A DNA stretch of 50,602 bases. Origin: Pseudomonas phage PAShipCat1. A model generated the notes under the pieces. It worked only from the letters and a program-made list of their open reading frames with translations, made no database searches and was not told the origin of the DNA. This document shows positions 1-7,518 of this stretch, one piece after another. The position numbers were made by a program, and so were the translations under genes. The first letter of the stretch is position 1; each line of letters starts with the position of its first letter. The stretch lies in sequence record PP067092.1; one strand, 5' to 3'.

Positions 1-672
1 CGCACGGGATGCCGACCCGCCGCCGGCGCTGCCGCCGGCGGTGCTGGCTGCCGAGTGGTCGCCGGTGCCGCTGGCTGCCGAGTCGTCGCCGGTGCTGCTG
101 GCTGCCGAGTGGTCGCCGGTGTTGCTGGCTGCCGAGTGGTTGCCGGTGTTGCTGGCTGCCGACTGGTAGCCGGTGTTGCTGGCTGCCGAGCGGTTGCCGG
201 TGTTGCTGGCTGCCGACTGGTAGCCGGTGTTGCTGGCTGCCGAGCGGTTGCCGGTGTTGCTGGCTGCCGACTGGTAGCCGGTGTTGCTGGCGGTGTCGCC
301 CACCACCGTCTGCTCAACCGAGCTGTCCAACCGAGCCATGATCCAGTCGATTGCTCGCGAGATCATGGTCGGCATGCTGATTTCCGCTTCCACCACCAGG
401 GTGGCGCTGGCGATCTTGCTGTCATCGTCGTGACGGCTCAGTTGCCCCGAAGCCTTCACGATGGCGAATCGGCTGTCGCCTGGGGCGTAGTAGCCGAAGA
501 CATCAAGGGGGTACTCGCAGGAGTGGAAGCCCGAGGCGCATGCCTCGACTTCGCCATCGTGCTTATAGGTTCCGCCGATCTCGAACTGGTAGCCGCGGCA
601 GGTCAGGTCTTGCTTGAACCCCTTGTAAGCGGTCACGACCTCTTCGGACGCAGCCTTTTTCTTGCTCGCCAT
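1..672 (-). CDS. nonapeptide-repeat protein, 5' part (start codon inside window at 672; reading frame open to window start)
   Basis: ATG at 672-670 (minus) 7 nt after GGAGAA SD. N-terminal ~125 aa domain MASKKKAASEEVVTAYKGFKQDLTCRGYQFEIGGTYKHDGEVEACASGFHSCEYPLDVFGYY... followed from ~330 to 1 by 27-nt tandem repeats encoding SNTG[YNDH][QRH]SAA. No stop before edge. Not in ORF track because the ORF runs off the window edge with no in-window stop. Confidence 0.75.
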   Translation of the reverse strand, partial: MASKKKAASEEVVTAYKGFKQDLTCRGYQFEIGGTYKHDGEVEACASGFHSCEYPLDVFGYYAPGDSRFAIVKASGQLSRHDDDSKIASATLVVEAEISMPTMISRAIDWIMARLDSSVEQTVVGDTASNTGYQSAASNTGNRSAASNTGYQSAASNTGNRSAASNTGYQSAASNTGNHSAASNTGDHSAASSTGDDSAASGTGDHSAASTAGGSAGGGSASRA

Positions 673-774
673 CGCGATTCTCCGTTTTAGGTTTGCCCTG
701 GGTTGGGCGATAGGGCGCCCGGATGGGCAAATGGGTTGGAGCTGGTGATGCCCTGCTACCTGCAGGGCGGCGGG

Positions 775-924
775 TTAGTCGTCGGAGTACCGTTCTTCCA
801 GCTTCTCGCGCTGGTCCTGCGCCGCGAACTCGATGTCTTCGAGCTGCTTCTGGCGTTCGGCAGGTGCGATGGTGGTGTCGTGGGCCAGTTGGGTAATCGC
901 GGCGATGATTTGCTGCTTGGTCAT
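775..924 (-). CDS. hypothetical small protein (49 aa, MTKQQIIAAITQLAHDTTIAPAERQKQLEDIEFAAQDQREKLEERYSDD)
   Basis: ATG with GAGGAAAGGA SD. GC-rich third positions. Sits between operon neighbours. Below track size cutoff. Confidence 0.35.
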   Translation of the reverse strand: MTKQQIIAAITQLAHDTTIAPAERQKQLEDIEFAAQDQREKLEERYSDD

Positions 925-966
925 GTCCTTTCCTCGGTGATGCCCCGGCGAACCGTGGCAGTGTTC

Positions 967-1176
967 TCAAGTGTTCTCGCAGGCGTAACAAATTCCTGTA
1001 GCCGTCACCCCCAGGCGCCCACACTCGGGGCAGCTCGCCTCGCTGCGCACCTGCTCCTGCGCCTCCTCGTAGCAACCCTCGCAGCGGAATCCGTCGGACG
1101 TCTCGATCACGCGACCGGGCGCGTTGCACCGGTCGCATTCGTGAGTGATTGTCATCGGGTCGACTCCGTACATCAC
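967..1176 (-). CDS. hypothetical zinc-ribbon protein (69 aa, paired CxxC motifs)
   Basis: ORF track. CDRC...CEGC...CPEC...CYAC motifs. 4-nt ATGA overlap with upstream gene. Confidence 0.5.
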   Translation of the reverse strand: MMYGVDPMTITHECDRCNAPGRVIETSDGFRCEGCYEEAQEQVRSEASCPECGRLGVTATGICYACENT

Positions 1177-1379
1177 GCATGCATCCGCACGGTGATGTAG
1201 CCGTTGCTGGCAACAACGTGGTCCCAGCGGTTGAACCAGATGAGGTCGCCGAACTTCTTCATGGCGGCCTGGCGTACCTTGATCAGCACGTCATCCGGTG
1301 TCTCGTTGCCTTCCGGCAGAGCAATCCAATCCAGGCGTTTGCCGTTGCTCAGGTGCGCATCGACATTGAATTGAGCCAT
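1173..1379 (-). CDS. hypothetical early protein (68 aa)
   Basis: Internal ATG (MAQFNVDAHL...) preceded by AGGAGA SD. The longer track ORF 1173..1430 has no SD. Confidence 0.5.
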   Translation of the reverse strand: MAQFNVDAHLSNGKRLDWIALPEGNETPDDVLIKVRQAAMKKFGDLIWFNRWDHVVASNGYITVRMHA

Positions 1380-1389
1380 TTCAGTCTCC

Positions 1390-1596
1390 TTACCAGGGTT
1401 TACCGGCGTTGATGTATGCGCTTCCTGCAAGCTCAGTTAGAGCTACCAGCTGCCAGGAGTCGATCGCTCCGCCGTAGTGCAATCCGCGCAACATCCCGAC
1501 CGTTTCGTAATACTCGATGCGCGCTCGGTGTACGTCGCTCTCCCTGCGAATGATTCGAAGAGACTGACGTAAAGCCAGTAAGGCCTTTTCATTCAT
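1390..1596 (-). CDS. hypothetical early protein (68 aa)
   Basis: ATG (MNEKALLALRQ...) preceded by GGAGGG SD. The upstream extension of track ORF (TTG start) is full of rare codons (CGA, AGA, AGG, CTA). Confidence 0.5.
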   Translation of the reverse strand: MNEKALLALRQSLRIIRRESDVHRARIEYYETVGMLRGLHYGGAIDSWQLVALTELAGSAYINAGKPW

Positions 1597-2251
1597 CGTC
1601 TTGCCCTCCAGGGCGTGTTGACTTCTTCGATGCCCCTCTTGCGAAGGGCGTCTGGGAAATCGGTGTTTCTCCCGCGTTCGCCTAACTGGGCTTCTACAAC
1701 CCGCGGGTGGTGCTGTCCTCACCACTGCCGATAGCAGCTCGGACTCGATGTGTTTGGCCTTGGGCTTCCCTCGCAGCGCCTTCAATCGGCATACAGCGCT
1801 GGTCGTCGGGGACGGTGTTTCACTCCACGCTTGACTACAGCCCGGTGGCCTGGTGAGTAGGGCAGGTATGCGTGGGTTGCCGATCCGAACATCGGCTGGG
1901 CTTAGTGCTTCATGGGCTGTTTCCTCCTATTGGTTGTGTTCACCGCAAGCCTTTGCGAGGCCTGTCCGCTGTGCCCAGGAATGCGCCAATTCATGGCCCG
2001 AGCAGGGAGCGTTAGCAGTGCAACCCTCAGCCCGCTTTGCGCTATCTGCTCGATGTTCTGAGCTGAGGGAGCGCGACGCCTGGCGTTGAGTTGGCCGGGA
2101 TTACCCGGCATCAGCAGTCGTGTTTATCCACCGTCGCTCAGTCGCGGTGACCTGCGGCTGTCGGGACTGCGGTGGGGTCTGACTTGTTAAAGAGCGGTCG
2201 GCTCGGTGGCCTGGCGCTGCGTTGTTCTGCGGCGTTGAGATGAAATTTAAG

Positions 2252-2306
2252 TCTGCTGAAATTCATAGTCAAGCCTGCTGAAGAAAATATTTTCAGTTTG
2301 CTGAAA
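2252..2306. promoter_or_regulatory. OL-like operator cluster / leftward early promoter region
   Basis: Three copies of a TGCTGAA-containing motif. Perfect inverted repeats TTTCAG-TTTG-CTGAAA (2291-2306) and CTGAA-N10-TTCAG (2277-2296). Located just downstream of the repressor terminator and upstream of the minus-strand early operon. Confidence 0.5.
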
Positions 2307-2325
2307 TTGACGAGATCGTCAGGCA

Positions 2326-2350
2326 CAAAAAAGCCCGCACTTGGCGGGCC
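2326..2350 (-). terminator. intrinsic terminator after repressor gene
   Basis: On minus strand: GCCCGC-CAAGT-GCGGGC stem-loop followed by TTTTTTG. 19 nt after the cI-like stop. Confidence 0.6.
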
Positions 2351-2368
2351 TGTGTCCGGCTTGTGGTG

Positions 2369-3097
2369 CTATCGGCGCGGGGCTCGGCGGACCGTTGACC
2401 ACCAGAAGACACGTCCGAGCATGGTGATTTGACTGAATTGATCGGATGTCAGTATCTCGTCTGGGTACTCGTCGCTGTTTTCGCTCCTGATGCGGACTGA
2501 GTTCCCGGGCATCGAATAGAGGTACTTGACGCGAAGCATTCCATCCTGATTGAAGGCGTAGATCTCACCGTCGACGATGTGTGTGAAGCTGGTGTCGAAG
2601 CCGATAGCGGCGCCATCGAGGATCAGCCTCTCCATGGATCGCCCACGAACTCGGGCTACTGCGGCACATTCCGGCTCCACGCCTGCTGACCGAAGCGTGT
2701 CCTTTGAGAACCGAAGCTTTCTGTCAGCGATTTCAACGACTTCCGTCATACCGTTTCCTGCGGCAAGCTCCACCTCAGAGTAGTACGGCAGTTCTACTTC
2801 GTCATCCTCAAGCGGCGTGTCTGCATCCCAGGCAGAGACCAAGCCGACAAGTTCGCCTTGGTTGTGGTCGGGACCTACGTCAATGGCGCGCTCTGGTCCA
2901 GACCCAAGCGTTATCCACTCCGCGCGGAAGCCGGTGGCTTTCGCAAGGGCGAAGGCGCTTTCCGCCTTTAGGCTCTTGCTGTCGCCATTAATCCACTGAG
3001 TGACGGCTGAGGGCGCGACGTCGCAAAGTTTTGCGATTTCACTTTTCGTTTTTCCGCTGAGCTGGATGGCTCGCGCGATTCGTTCGTTTCTGTTCAT
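2369..3097 (-). CDS. cI: CI-like prophage repressor (N-terminal HTH, C-terminal S24 LexA-like peptidase domain)
   Basis: HTH segment KTKSEIAKLCDVAPSAVTQWING. S24 catalytic Ser motif GRSME and downstream Lys (LRVKYL). Divergent from cro-like gene. Confidence 0.85.
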   Translation of the reverse strand: MNRNERIARAIQLSGKTKSEIAKLCDVAPSAVTQWINGDSKSLKAESAFALAKATGFRAEWITLGSGPERAIDVGPDHNQGELVGLVSAWDADTPLEDDEVELPYYSEVELAAGNGMTEVVEIADRKLRFSKDTLRSAGVEPECAAVARVRGRSMERLILDGAAIGFDTSFTHIVDGEIYAFNQDGMLRVKYLYSMPGNSVRIRSENSDEYPDEILTSDQFSQITMLGRVFWWSTVRRAPRR

Positions 3098-3105
3098 CCG
3101 ATGAT

Positions 3106-3200
3106 GTTAAGACAGCTTAATTTAAGTGAGTGCAAAACTCGGAAGCCTGTTGCGAACATTATTTCAGTGTGCTGAAATTGGTTCATTGCTACGCGAGGAC
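3106..3200. promoter_or_regulatory. OR-like divergent promoter/operator region between repressor and cro-like gene
   Basis: 108-bp AT-richer spacer containing the same palindrome TTTCAG-TGTG-CTGAAA at 3163-3178. Confidence 0.5.
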
Positions 3201-3205
3201 GCGCA

Positions 3206-3379
3206 ATGAACATGAACGAAGCCATCCAGCATTTTGGCTCCAAAAAGAAGCTCGCTGAGGCCCTGGGCATCCGGCCGAGCGCTGTCACGCAGTGGGGAGA
3301 GTCGATCCCCGTAGGCCGCCAGTACCAACTTCAAGTCATCAGCAAGAACAAGCTGAAGGCTGATCAGAAGGCCGCCTGA
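3206..3379 (+). CDS. cro: Cro-like small HTH regulator (57 aa)
   Basis: MNMNEAIQHFGSKKKLAEALGIRPSAVTQWGESIP... is a classic Cro/YdaS-type HTH. Divergent from cI-like gene. Below track cutoff. Confidence 0.7.
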   Translation: MNMNEAIQHFGSKKKLAEALGIRPSAVTQWGESIPVGRQYQLQVISKNKLKADQKAA

Positions 3380-3380
3380 C

Positions 3381-3692
3381 ATGACAGCCAGCCAATTAAA
3401 CCCCGAGCGCGATGCAAGGGCACGGGAGTTCGAGTCCCTGATCCTCAACCGACTTTTGTCGGTGGGTCAGAAGACCGTCGCCGACACAATCGGCGTGAGC
3501 GAATCGACTGTCAGTCGTTGGAAAGAGGGCGAGATAGAGCGGTGGTGCAAGGTGCTTGCGCTGCTGGAGCTTCAGGTCGTCCCGATGTCGGCTCAGTGTC
3601 ATCCATCCGAGTACATCCAGGCGCTCAAGACCCTGGCCGAGCTTGGCTTGCAGGCCGAGAAGAAGCGGCCTGGTCCGTTGGGGTGGGATTGA
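3381..3692 (+). CDS. cII: CII-like transcriptional activator
   Basis: HTH TVADTIGVSESTVSRWKEG resembles lambda CII TAEAVGVDKSQISRWKRD, followed by LALLELQVV (CII LAVLEWGVV) and KKRPGP (CII KKRPAA). Immediately after cro-like gene. Confidence 0.7.
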   Translation: MTASQLNPERDARAREFESLILNRLLSVGQKTVADTIGVSESTVSRWKEGEIERWCKVLALLELQVVPMSAQCHPSEYIQALKTLAELGLQAEKKRPGPLGWD

Positions 3693-3710
3693 GGGGCGCC
3701 GAACGCCGGG

Positions 3711-3738
3711 CACAAAAAAGCCGGGATTGCGGCCCGGC
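3711..3738 (-). terminator. minus-strand intrinsic terminator just upstream of antirepressor gene
   Basis: On minus strand: GCCGGG-CCGCAAT-CCCGGC followed by TTTTTTGTG. Shares GCACAAAAAAGCC with the cI terminator. Confidence 0.5.
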
Positions 3739-3767
3739 TCATTGCTACATCAGATGAGGTAACTCTA

Positions 3768-4520
3768 ATGCATCAGATTATCCACGGCAATACCGAAACC
3801 GTCGTTCCGAAAAATGCGAACCACGACTTCGTGGCACGCAAAATGAGCACCCTCAAGCTGCGCGATCTCATCAATGATGCCCGCGCGGATGCTGGGGAGC
3901 CCAGGGTCAGGAATGATCAGTTTCTTGCTCGTGTCGAAGACGAGTTGGGTGATGAACTTGAGGGGGTGCAAAAATATTACACCCCCTTCCATGGCAACCA
4001 AGTCGCCGCCTACGACCTGACTCTTGACCAGTGCGTGCTGGTAGGGATGCGCGAATCTAAGTCGGTTCGCCGAACGGTATTGGCCAAACTGAAGTCCTTC
4101 GAGGCCCCTCGTGTTATTGCCACGCTCCCAGACTTCACCAACCCAGTAGTGGCAGCCCGCGCTTGGGCGGATGAGGTGGAGCAGAAACAGGTGGCCCAGC
4201 AAGCACTGGCGATTGCTGCGCCCAAAGCAGAGTTTGTCGACAAGTATGTCGAATCCACCGGGCTCAAGGGCTTTCGCCAAACCGCCAAGCTGCTGAGGGC
4301 CAATGAGGCCCGATTCCGTGAGTTCTTGCTCGACAAGAAGATCATGTATCGCATGGGCGGCGAGTGGCAGGCATACCAGAACCATATCGACGCTGGACGC
4401 TTCGCCGTCAAGACCGGCACAAGCGACAGCGGTCACGCCTTCAATCAAGCCAAATTTACCCCTAAGGGCGTCACCTGGGTGGCCGGCTTGTGGGCGCAGC
4501 ACAACCTGGAGGTCCAATGA
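3768..4520 (+). CDS. antirepressor-like protein (Rha-type N-terminal domain + KilA-C/ANT C-terminal domain)
   Basis: N-terminal MSTLKLRDLINDARADAGEPRVRNDQFLARVEDELG is Rha-like. C-terminal ...AARAWADEVEQKQ...EFVDKYVESTGL...FREFL... is KilAC-like. The opposite-strand ORF 3765..4532 is rejected as a shadow. Confidence 0.7.
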   Translation: MHQIIHGNTETVVPKNANHDFVARKMSTLKLRDLINDARADAGEPRVRNDQFLARVEDELGDELEGVQKYYTPFHGNQVAAYDLTLDQCVLVGMRESKSVRRTVLAKLKSFEAPRVIATLPDFTNPVVAARAWADEVEQKQVAQQALAIAAPKAEFVDKYVESTGLKGFRQTAKLLRANEARFREFLLDKKIMYRMGGEWQAYQNHIDAGRFAVKTGTSDSGHAFNQAKFTPKGVTWVAGLWAQHNLEVQ

Positions 4521-5326
4521 TGGCCCGTTCAAGAAACATCAAGCCAGGGTTCTTTTCGAACGAGCATCTGGTGGAGCTGGACTTTGCAACTCGCCTCCTG
4601 TTCATCGGCCTTTGGACCGAGGCTGACCGGGAGGGTCGCCTCGAAGATCGCCCGCGCCGACTGAAAATGGCCTTGTTCCCGGCTGACAATGTCGACATGG
4701 ACCGAATGCTCGATGACCTTGATCACTTGGGGTTCATCAAGCGCTACACCGTGGGCGACGTGAAGGCCATTCAGATCATCAACTGGTCGAAACACCAGAA
4801 TCCGCACGTCAAGGAAGCCAAGAGCATCATCCCTGAAATGCCCGAGGTAGACGCATGCAAGGGAAAGAATGAGGAAAGCACCGTGCAAGCACCGGACTCG
4901 CACAGTTCTTTCCCTGCTGATTCCCTCTCTCTTGATTCCGGATTCCTGATTCCTGATTCCCTCAACCCGTCGCAAGCTCCGGTTGACCGCGCAGAGATGT
5001 TCTCGCGGTTCTGGAAGCTGTATCCGCGAAAGGTAGGGAAGGACAAGGCCGAGAAGGCGTGGGCGAAGCTGAAGCTCACTGCCGACCTGTTTGACACGAT
5101 CGTCAGCGCCCTGGCCAGGCACCGGCAGTTGCCCAGTTGGACCAAGGACAACGGGCAGTTCATCCCGCATGCATCGACATGGCTCAACGGGAAGCGCTGG
5201 GAGGATGAGATTGACCTTCCGCGCGGCAATGTCCACCACCTACCAAGCAGCCGCCACCACGGGTTTGCTGATCGCGACTACACCGCAGGCTTGATCGAGC
5301 GGGAGGACGGCACCTATGGCTTCTAA
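4520..5326 (+). CDS. replication initiation protein (lambda O-like replisome organiser)
   Basis: ATGA overlap with preceding gene. N-terminal winged-helix-like region. C-terminal FSRFWKLYPRKVGKDKAEKAWAKL...TWLNGKRWEDE motif. Directly upstream of DnaC-like gene. Confidence 0.6.
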   Translation: MARSRNIKPGFFSNEHLVELDFATRLLFIGLWTEADREGRLEDRPRRLKMALFPADNVDMDRMLDDLDHLGFIKRYTVGDVKAIQIINWSKHQNPHVKEAKSIIPEMPEVDACKGKNEESTVQAPDSHSSFPADSLSLDSGFLIPDSLNPSQAPVDRAEMFSRFWKLYPRKVGKDKAEKAWAKLKLTADLFDTIVSALARHRQLPSWTKDNGQFIPHASTWLNGKRWEDEIDLPRGNVHHLPSSRHHGFADRDYTAGLIEREDGTYGF

Positions 5327-6131
5327 CGCCCTAAATCTTGAAGTCTGCGACCTGGAACGCCGTTTCGGGATCGTCTCCAAGACTCCCGCAAAATGCGACA
5401 AGCACGGCGAGTACGCGGCTGTTTTCCGTAGGAACTCGGACAAGCCCACCGGTTGCCCTGAGTGCTCCAGGGAGGCTGAGGCTGAAAAACTTCGTGATGA
5501 GCAGGCCGAAATGTGGCGCCGGAACGAGCGCGAGCGCATGGAGCGTCGGCTCGCTGGAGTAATGATCCCTCCGCGCTTTCAGGGTCGCACTTTCGAATCA
5601 TACATCGCGCAGAACGATGGCCAGCGCAAAGCGCTGAAGGTTTGCCGAAAGTACGCAGACGACTTCGCCGAGAACAAGCGCCTGGGTCGGTGTCTGCTGC
5701 TGCTTGGCATGCCAGGTACTGGGAAGACGCACCTTGCCACTGCAATCGCTGGGCACGTCGTGTGCAACAGCGCTTCGGTGACTGCCGCCTATCGCACGGT
5801 GAGCACAATTCTCCAGTTTGTGAAGGGAAGTTTTGATCGCGAAGCCGAGTACACCGAAGCCCAGGCTTTTGAGGCTCTTTGCGCACCCTCGCTGCTGATC
5901 ATCGACGAGGTGGGGGCAACGAAGCCGACCGACTTCGAGCTTGCAACCCTCTTCAGCGTGATTGATGGGCGATACCAGAACCTAATGCCGACCATCGTGA
6001 TTTCTAACCTCAAGGCCGAGGAACTGCCCGGAGCGCTTGGAGAGCGCTGCGTCGACAGGTTGCGCGAAAACGGCGGGGTAGCGGTCCGGTTCGACTGGCC
6101 ATCGAAGCGCTCGGAGGTGCGTCATGACTAA
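5316..6131 (+). CDS. DnaC/IstB-like AAA+ helicase loader
   Basis: Walker A LLLLGMPGTGKTHLA. Walker B LLIIDEVG. N-terminal Cys/His zinc-finger-like CDKHGEY...CPEC. Confidence 0.85.
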   Translation: MASNALNLEVCDLERRFGIVSKTPAKCDKHGEYAAVFRRNSDKPTGCPECSREAEAEKLRDEQAEMWRRNERERMERRLAGVMIPPRFQGRTFESYIAQNDGQRKALKVCRKYADDFAENKRLGRCLLLLGMPGTGKTHLATAIAGHVVCNSASVTAAYRTVSTILQFVKGSFDREAEYTEAQAFEALCAPSLLIIDEVGATKPTDFELATLFSVIDGRYQNLMPTIVISNLKAEELPGALGERCVDRLRENGGVAVRFDWPSKRSEVRHD

Positions 6132-6276
6132 GGCTCACAACGGGAAGATCAGCACCGAGGGATTGGAGCTTCCAAGCGCCTGCGACATCTGCGGAAAGTC
6201 CCGCGCCCACGGAAGCCACGTTAAGTGCAGCAAGATCCGGCAGGCGCAGTACCGAGTGAAGAGGGCGGCCCAATGA
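6124..6276 (+). CDS. hypothetical small protein (50 aa, Cys/His-containing)
   Basis: ATG in chain of overlapping small genes (ATGA/TAA overlaps). Confidence 0.3.
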   Translation: MTKAHNGKISTEGLELPSACDICGKSRAHGSHVKCSKIRQAQYRVKRAAQ

Positions 6277-6392
6277 AACGCTCCTGGACAGTGATCGTAG
6301 GCAACAAGCGCTTCACGATGATTCTGATGGAGGACTGCGACCCGCTCGCTGTCGTGAAGAGCATTTGGCCGCAGGGGAGGGTTGAGGCATGA
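6273..6392 (+). CDS. hypothetical small protein (39 aa)
   Basis: ATGA overlap on both sides. Same operon polarity. Confidence 0.3.
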   Translation: MKRSWTVIVGNKRFTMILMEDCDPLAVVKSIWPQGRVEA

Positions 6393-6604
6393 AGACCTTC
6401 GAACTGATCCGCATGGAAGGCCTGCGCACCTACGGTCGCCAGATTGAGGCCAATACCTGGCGCGAAGCCGAGATGCAATGCCGCGACGGCGAGATCGTAA
6501 ACGGCGAACTGATCGGTGTGTACGACTGTGACCCGGTAACTGAGGCCGTCTGCACTGCGCGCAATGACGTGATGATTGATAGCTTGGGGGTGTGCTGTGG
6601 CTGA
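6389..6604 (+). CDS. hypothetical protein (71 aa)
   Basis: ORF track. ATGA overlap with neighbours. Confidence 0.45.
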   Translation: MKTFELIRMEGLRTYGRQIEANTWREAEMQCRDGEIVNGELIGVYDCDPVTEAVCTARNDVMIDSLGVCCG

Positions 6605-7013
6605 CCGCACTTTCCGCATCCAAGGCGCTGCCGGCATCCGTCCGGCTTTCGTCGCGGCCTGGAACCTCATCCAGGGGCTGATGAAAGAAGCACAGGGTGG
6701 CTACGAGCTGGTTCTACGCCCTCTCAAGTCGAAGCGCTCCATTGAGCAGAACAAGCGGTACTGGTCCCTTCTGCGCGAGCTGGCCGCCGTCGCCTGGGTC
6801 GACAACCGCCAGTTCGACGATCAGGTCTGGCACGAACAGTTCAAGCGCTGGTTCATCGGCTGCGAGGACGTGAAGTTGCCGGACGGCTCGACCGAGTTGC
6901 GCGGCATCAGCACCACGAAGCTGACCGTAGACGAGTTTGGAATCTACATGACCAAGATCGAAGCGTGGGCCGCCGAGCAAGGGTGGCCGCTGATGATGCA
7001 GGAGGTCGCATGA
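6597..7013 (+). CDS. ninB: NinB-like recombination protein (lambda Orf family)
   Basis: SIEQNKRYWSLLRELA vs lambda NinB SLDQNRKLWACLGDVS. GISTTKLTVDEFGIYMTKIEAWAAEQGWPL vs lambda GQSTSRMRVGEFAELLELIQAFGTERGVKW. Probable GTG start at 6597 inside track ORF 6576..7013. Confidence 0.75.
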   Translation: MADRTFRIQGAAGIRPAFVAAWNLIQGLMKEAQGGYELVLRPLKSKRSIEQNKRYWSLLRELAAVAWVDNRQFDDQVWHEQFKRWFIGCEDVKLPDGSTELRGISTTKLTVDEFGIYMTKIEAWAAEQGWPLMMQEVA

Positions 7014-7273
7014 GCAAGTTCAAGGCGGGCGATCTCGCTCTTAATCTGCAAGACATCCCCAGCTGCATCAGTGCGGGAGTGGTAGTCGAGTTGATGTCTC
7101 GACTTGCCCCTGGTGATCTGTTTGCCGAAGACGGCCAGACCTTTCAGGTGATTCGGCCAGCTTGGTGGGTGCTCCATGAAGGAGACCGGCTCTACATACC
7201 TGAACGGTATCTCATGCCCCTGCGCGGCGACTTCCAGCCCGAGCAGCAGAAGGCGAAGGGGGTGGAGGCATGA
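7010..7273 (+). CDS. hypothetical nin-region protein (87 aa)
   Basis: ATG overlapping ninB stop (ATGA). Track ORF 6965..7273 trimmed to this start. Confidence 0.45.
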   Translation: MSKFKAGDLALNLQDIPSCISAGVVVELMSRLAPGDLFAEDGQTFQVIRPAWWVLHEGDRLYIPERYLMPLRGDFQPEQQKAKGVEA

Positions 7274-7518
7274 AGTTCTGGACTTGGCTAAAGCGCTTCG
7301 CCGAACGCAAGGAGCGCCAGGCTTGGCTTGAAACGCGATATAGCGACCAGATGTGTCCGCATTGCAACACTTGGCAGGGCAACTGCGGTGGCTGGGTGGA
7401 ATCGGTTGAGGTCGATCAGATGCATGACCGCCTGACGTGCGGGAGGTGTGGGCAGCATTCAACTTGGTTCATGGGGGGCCCGGTTTTGATCCTTGTAGAT
7501 CCCAAGGTGACGGCATGA
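7270..7518 (+). CDS. hypothetical zinc-finger protein (82 aa, CPHC...CGRCGQH)
   Basis: ORF track. ATGA overlaps. Confidence 0.45.
   Translation: MKFWTWLKRFAERKERQAWLETRYSDQMCPHCNTWQGNCGGWVESVEVDQMHDRLTCGRCGQHSTWFMGGPVLILVDPKVTA

Noticed and set aside
9-690. Plus-strand ORFs 9..341 and 55..690 through the repeat array (RCRRRCWLPSGRRC…, VAGAAGCRVVAG…)
   Set aside because: Cys/Trp/Arg-rich and Val/Ala/Gly-rich readings of the same tandem repeat, with no start context. The minus strand gives a coherent domain, an SD and an ATG at 672, plus a matching C-terminal domain and stop at the other end of the window.
1390-1785. Long (131-aa) form of the first early-left gene
   Set aside because: The extension starts at TTG and is packed with rare codons. 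A GGAGGG SD sits correctly before the internal ATG, so the 68-aa form is preferred.
1902-2111. Arg-rich 69-aa minus ORF as an N-like antiterminator
   Set aside because: Has NARRRAPSAQN reminiscent of an arginine-rich motif. Codon usage is poor (AGG, CTA, ATA, AAT), there is no SD, and it lies in the untranslated leader. Kept only as a weak hypothesis in findings.
3765-4532. Minus-strand ORF overlapping the antirepressor gene
   Set aside because: Mirror ORF. The plus strand carries the Rha and KilAC motifs and an SD.
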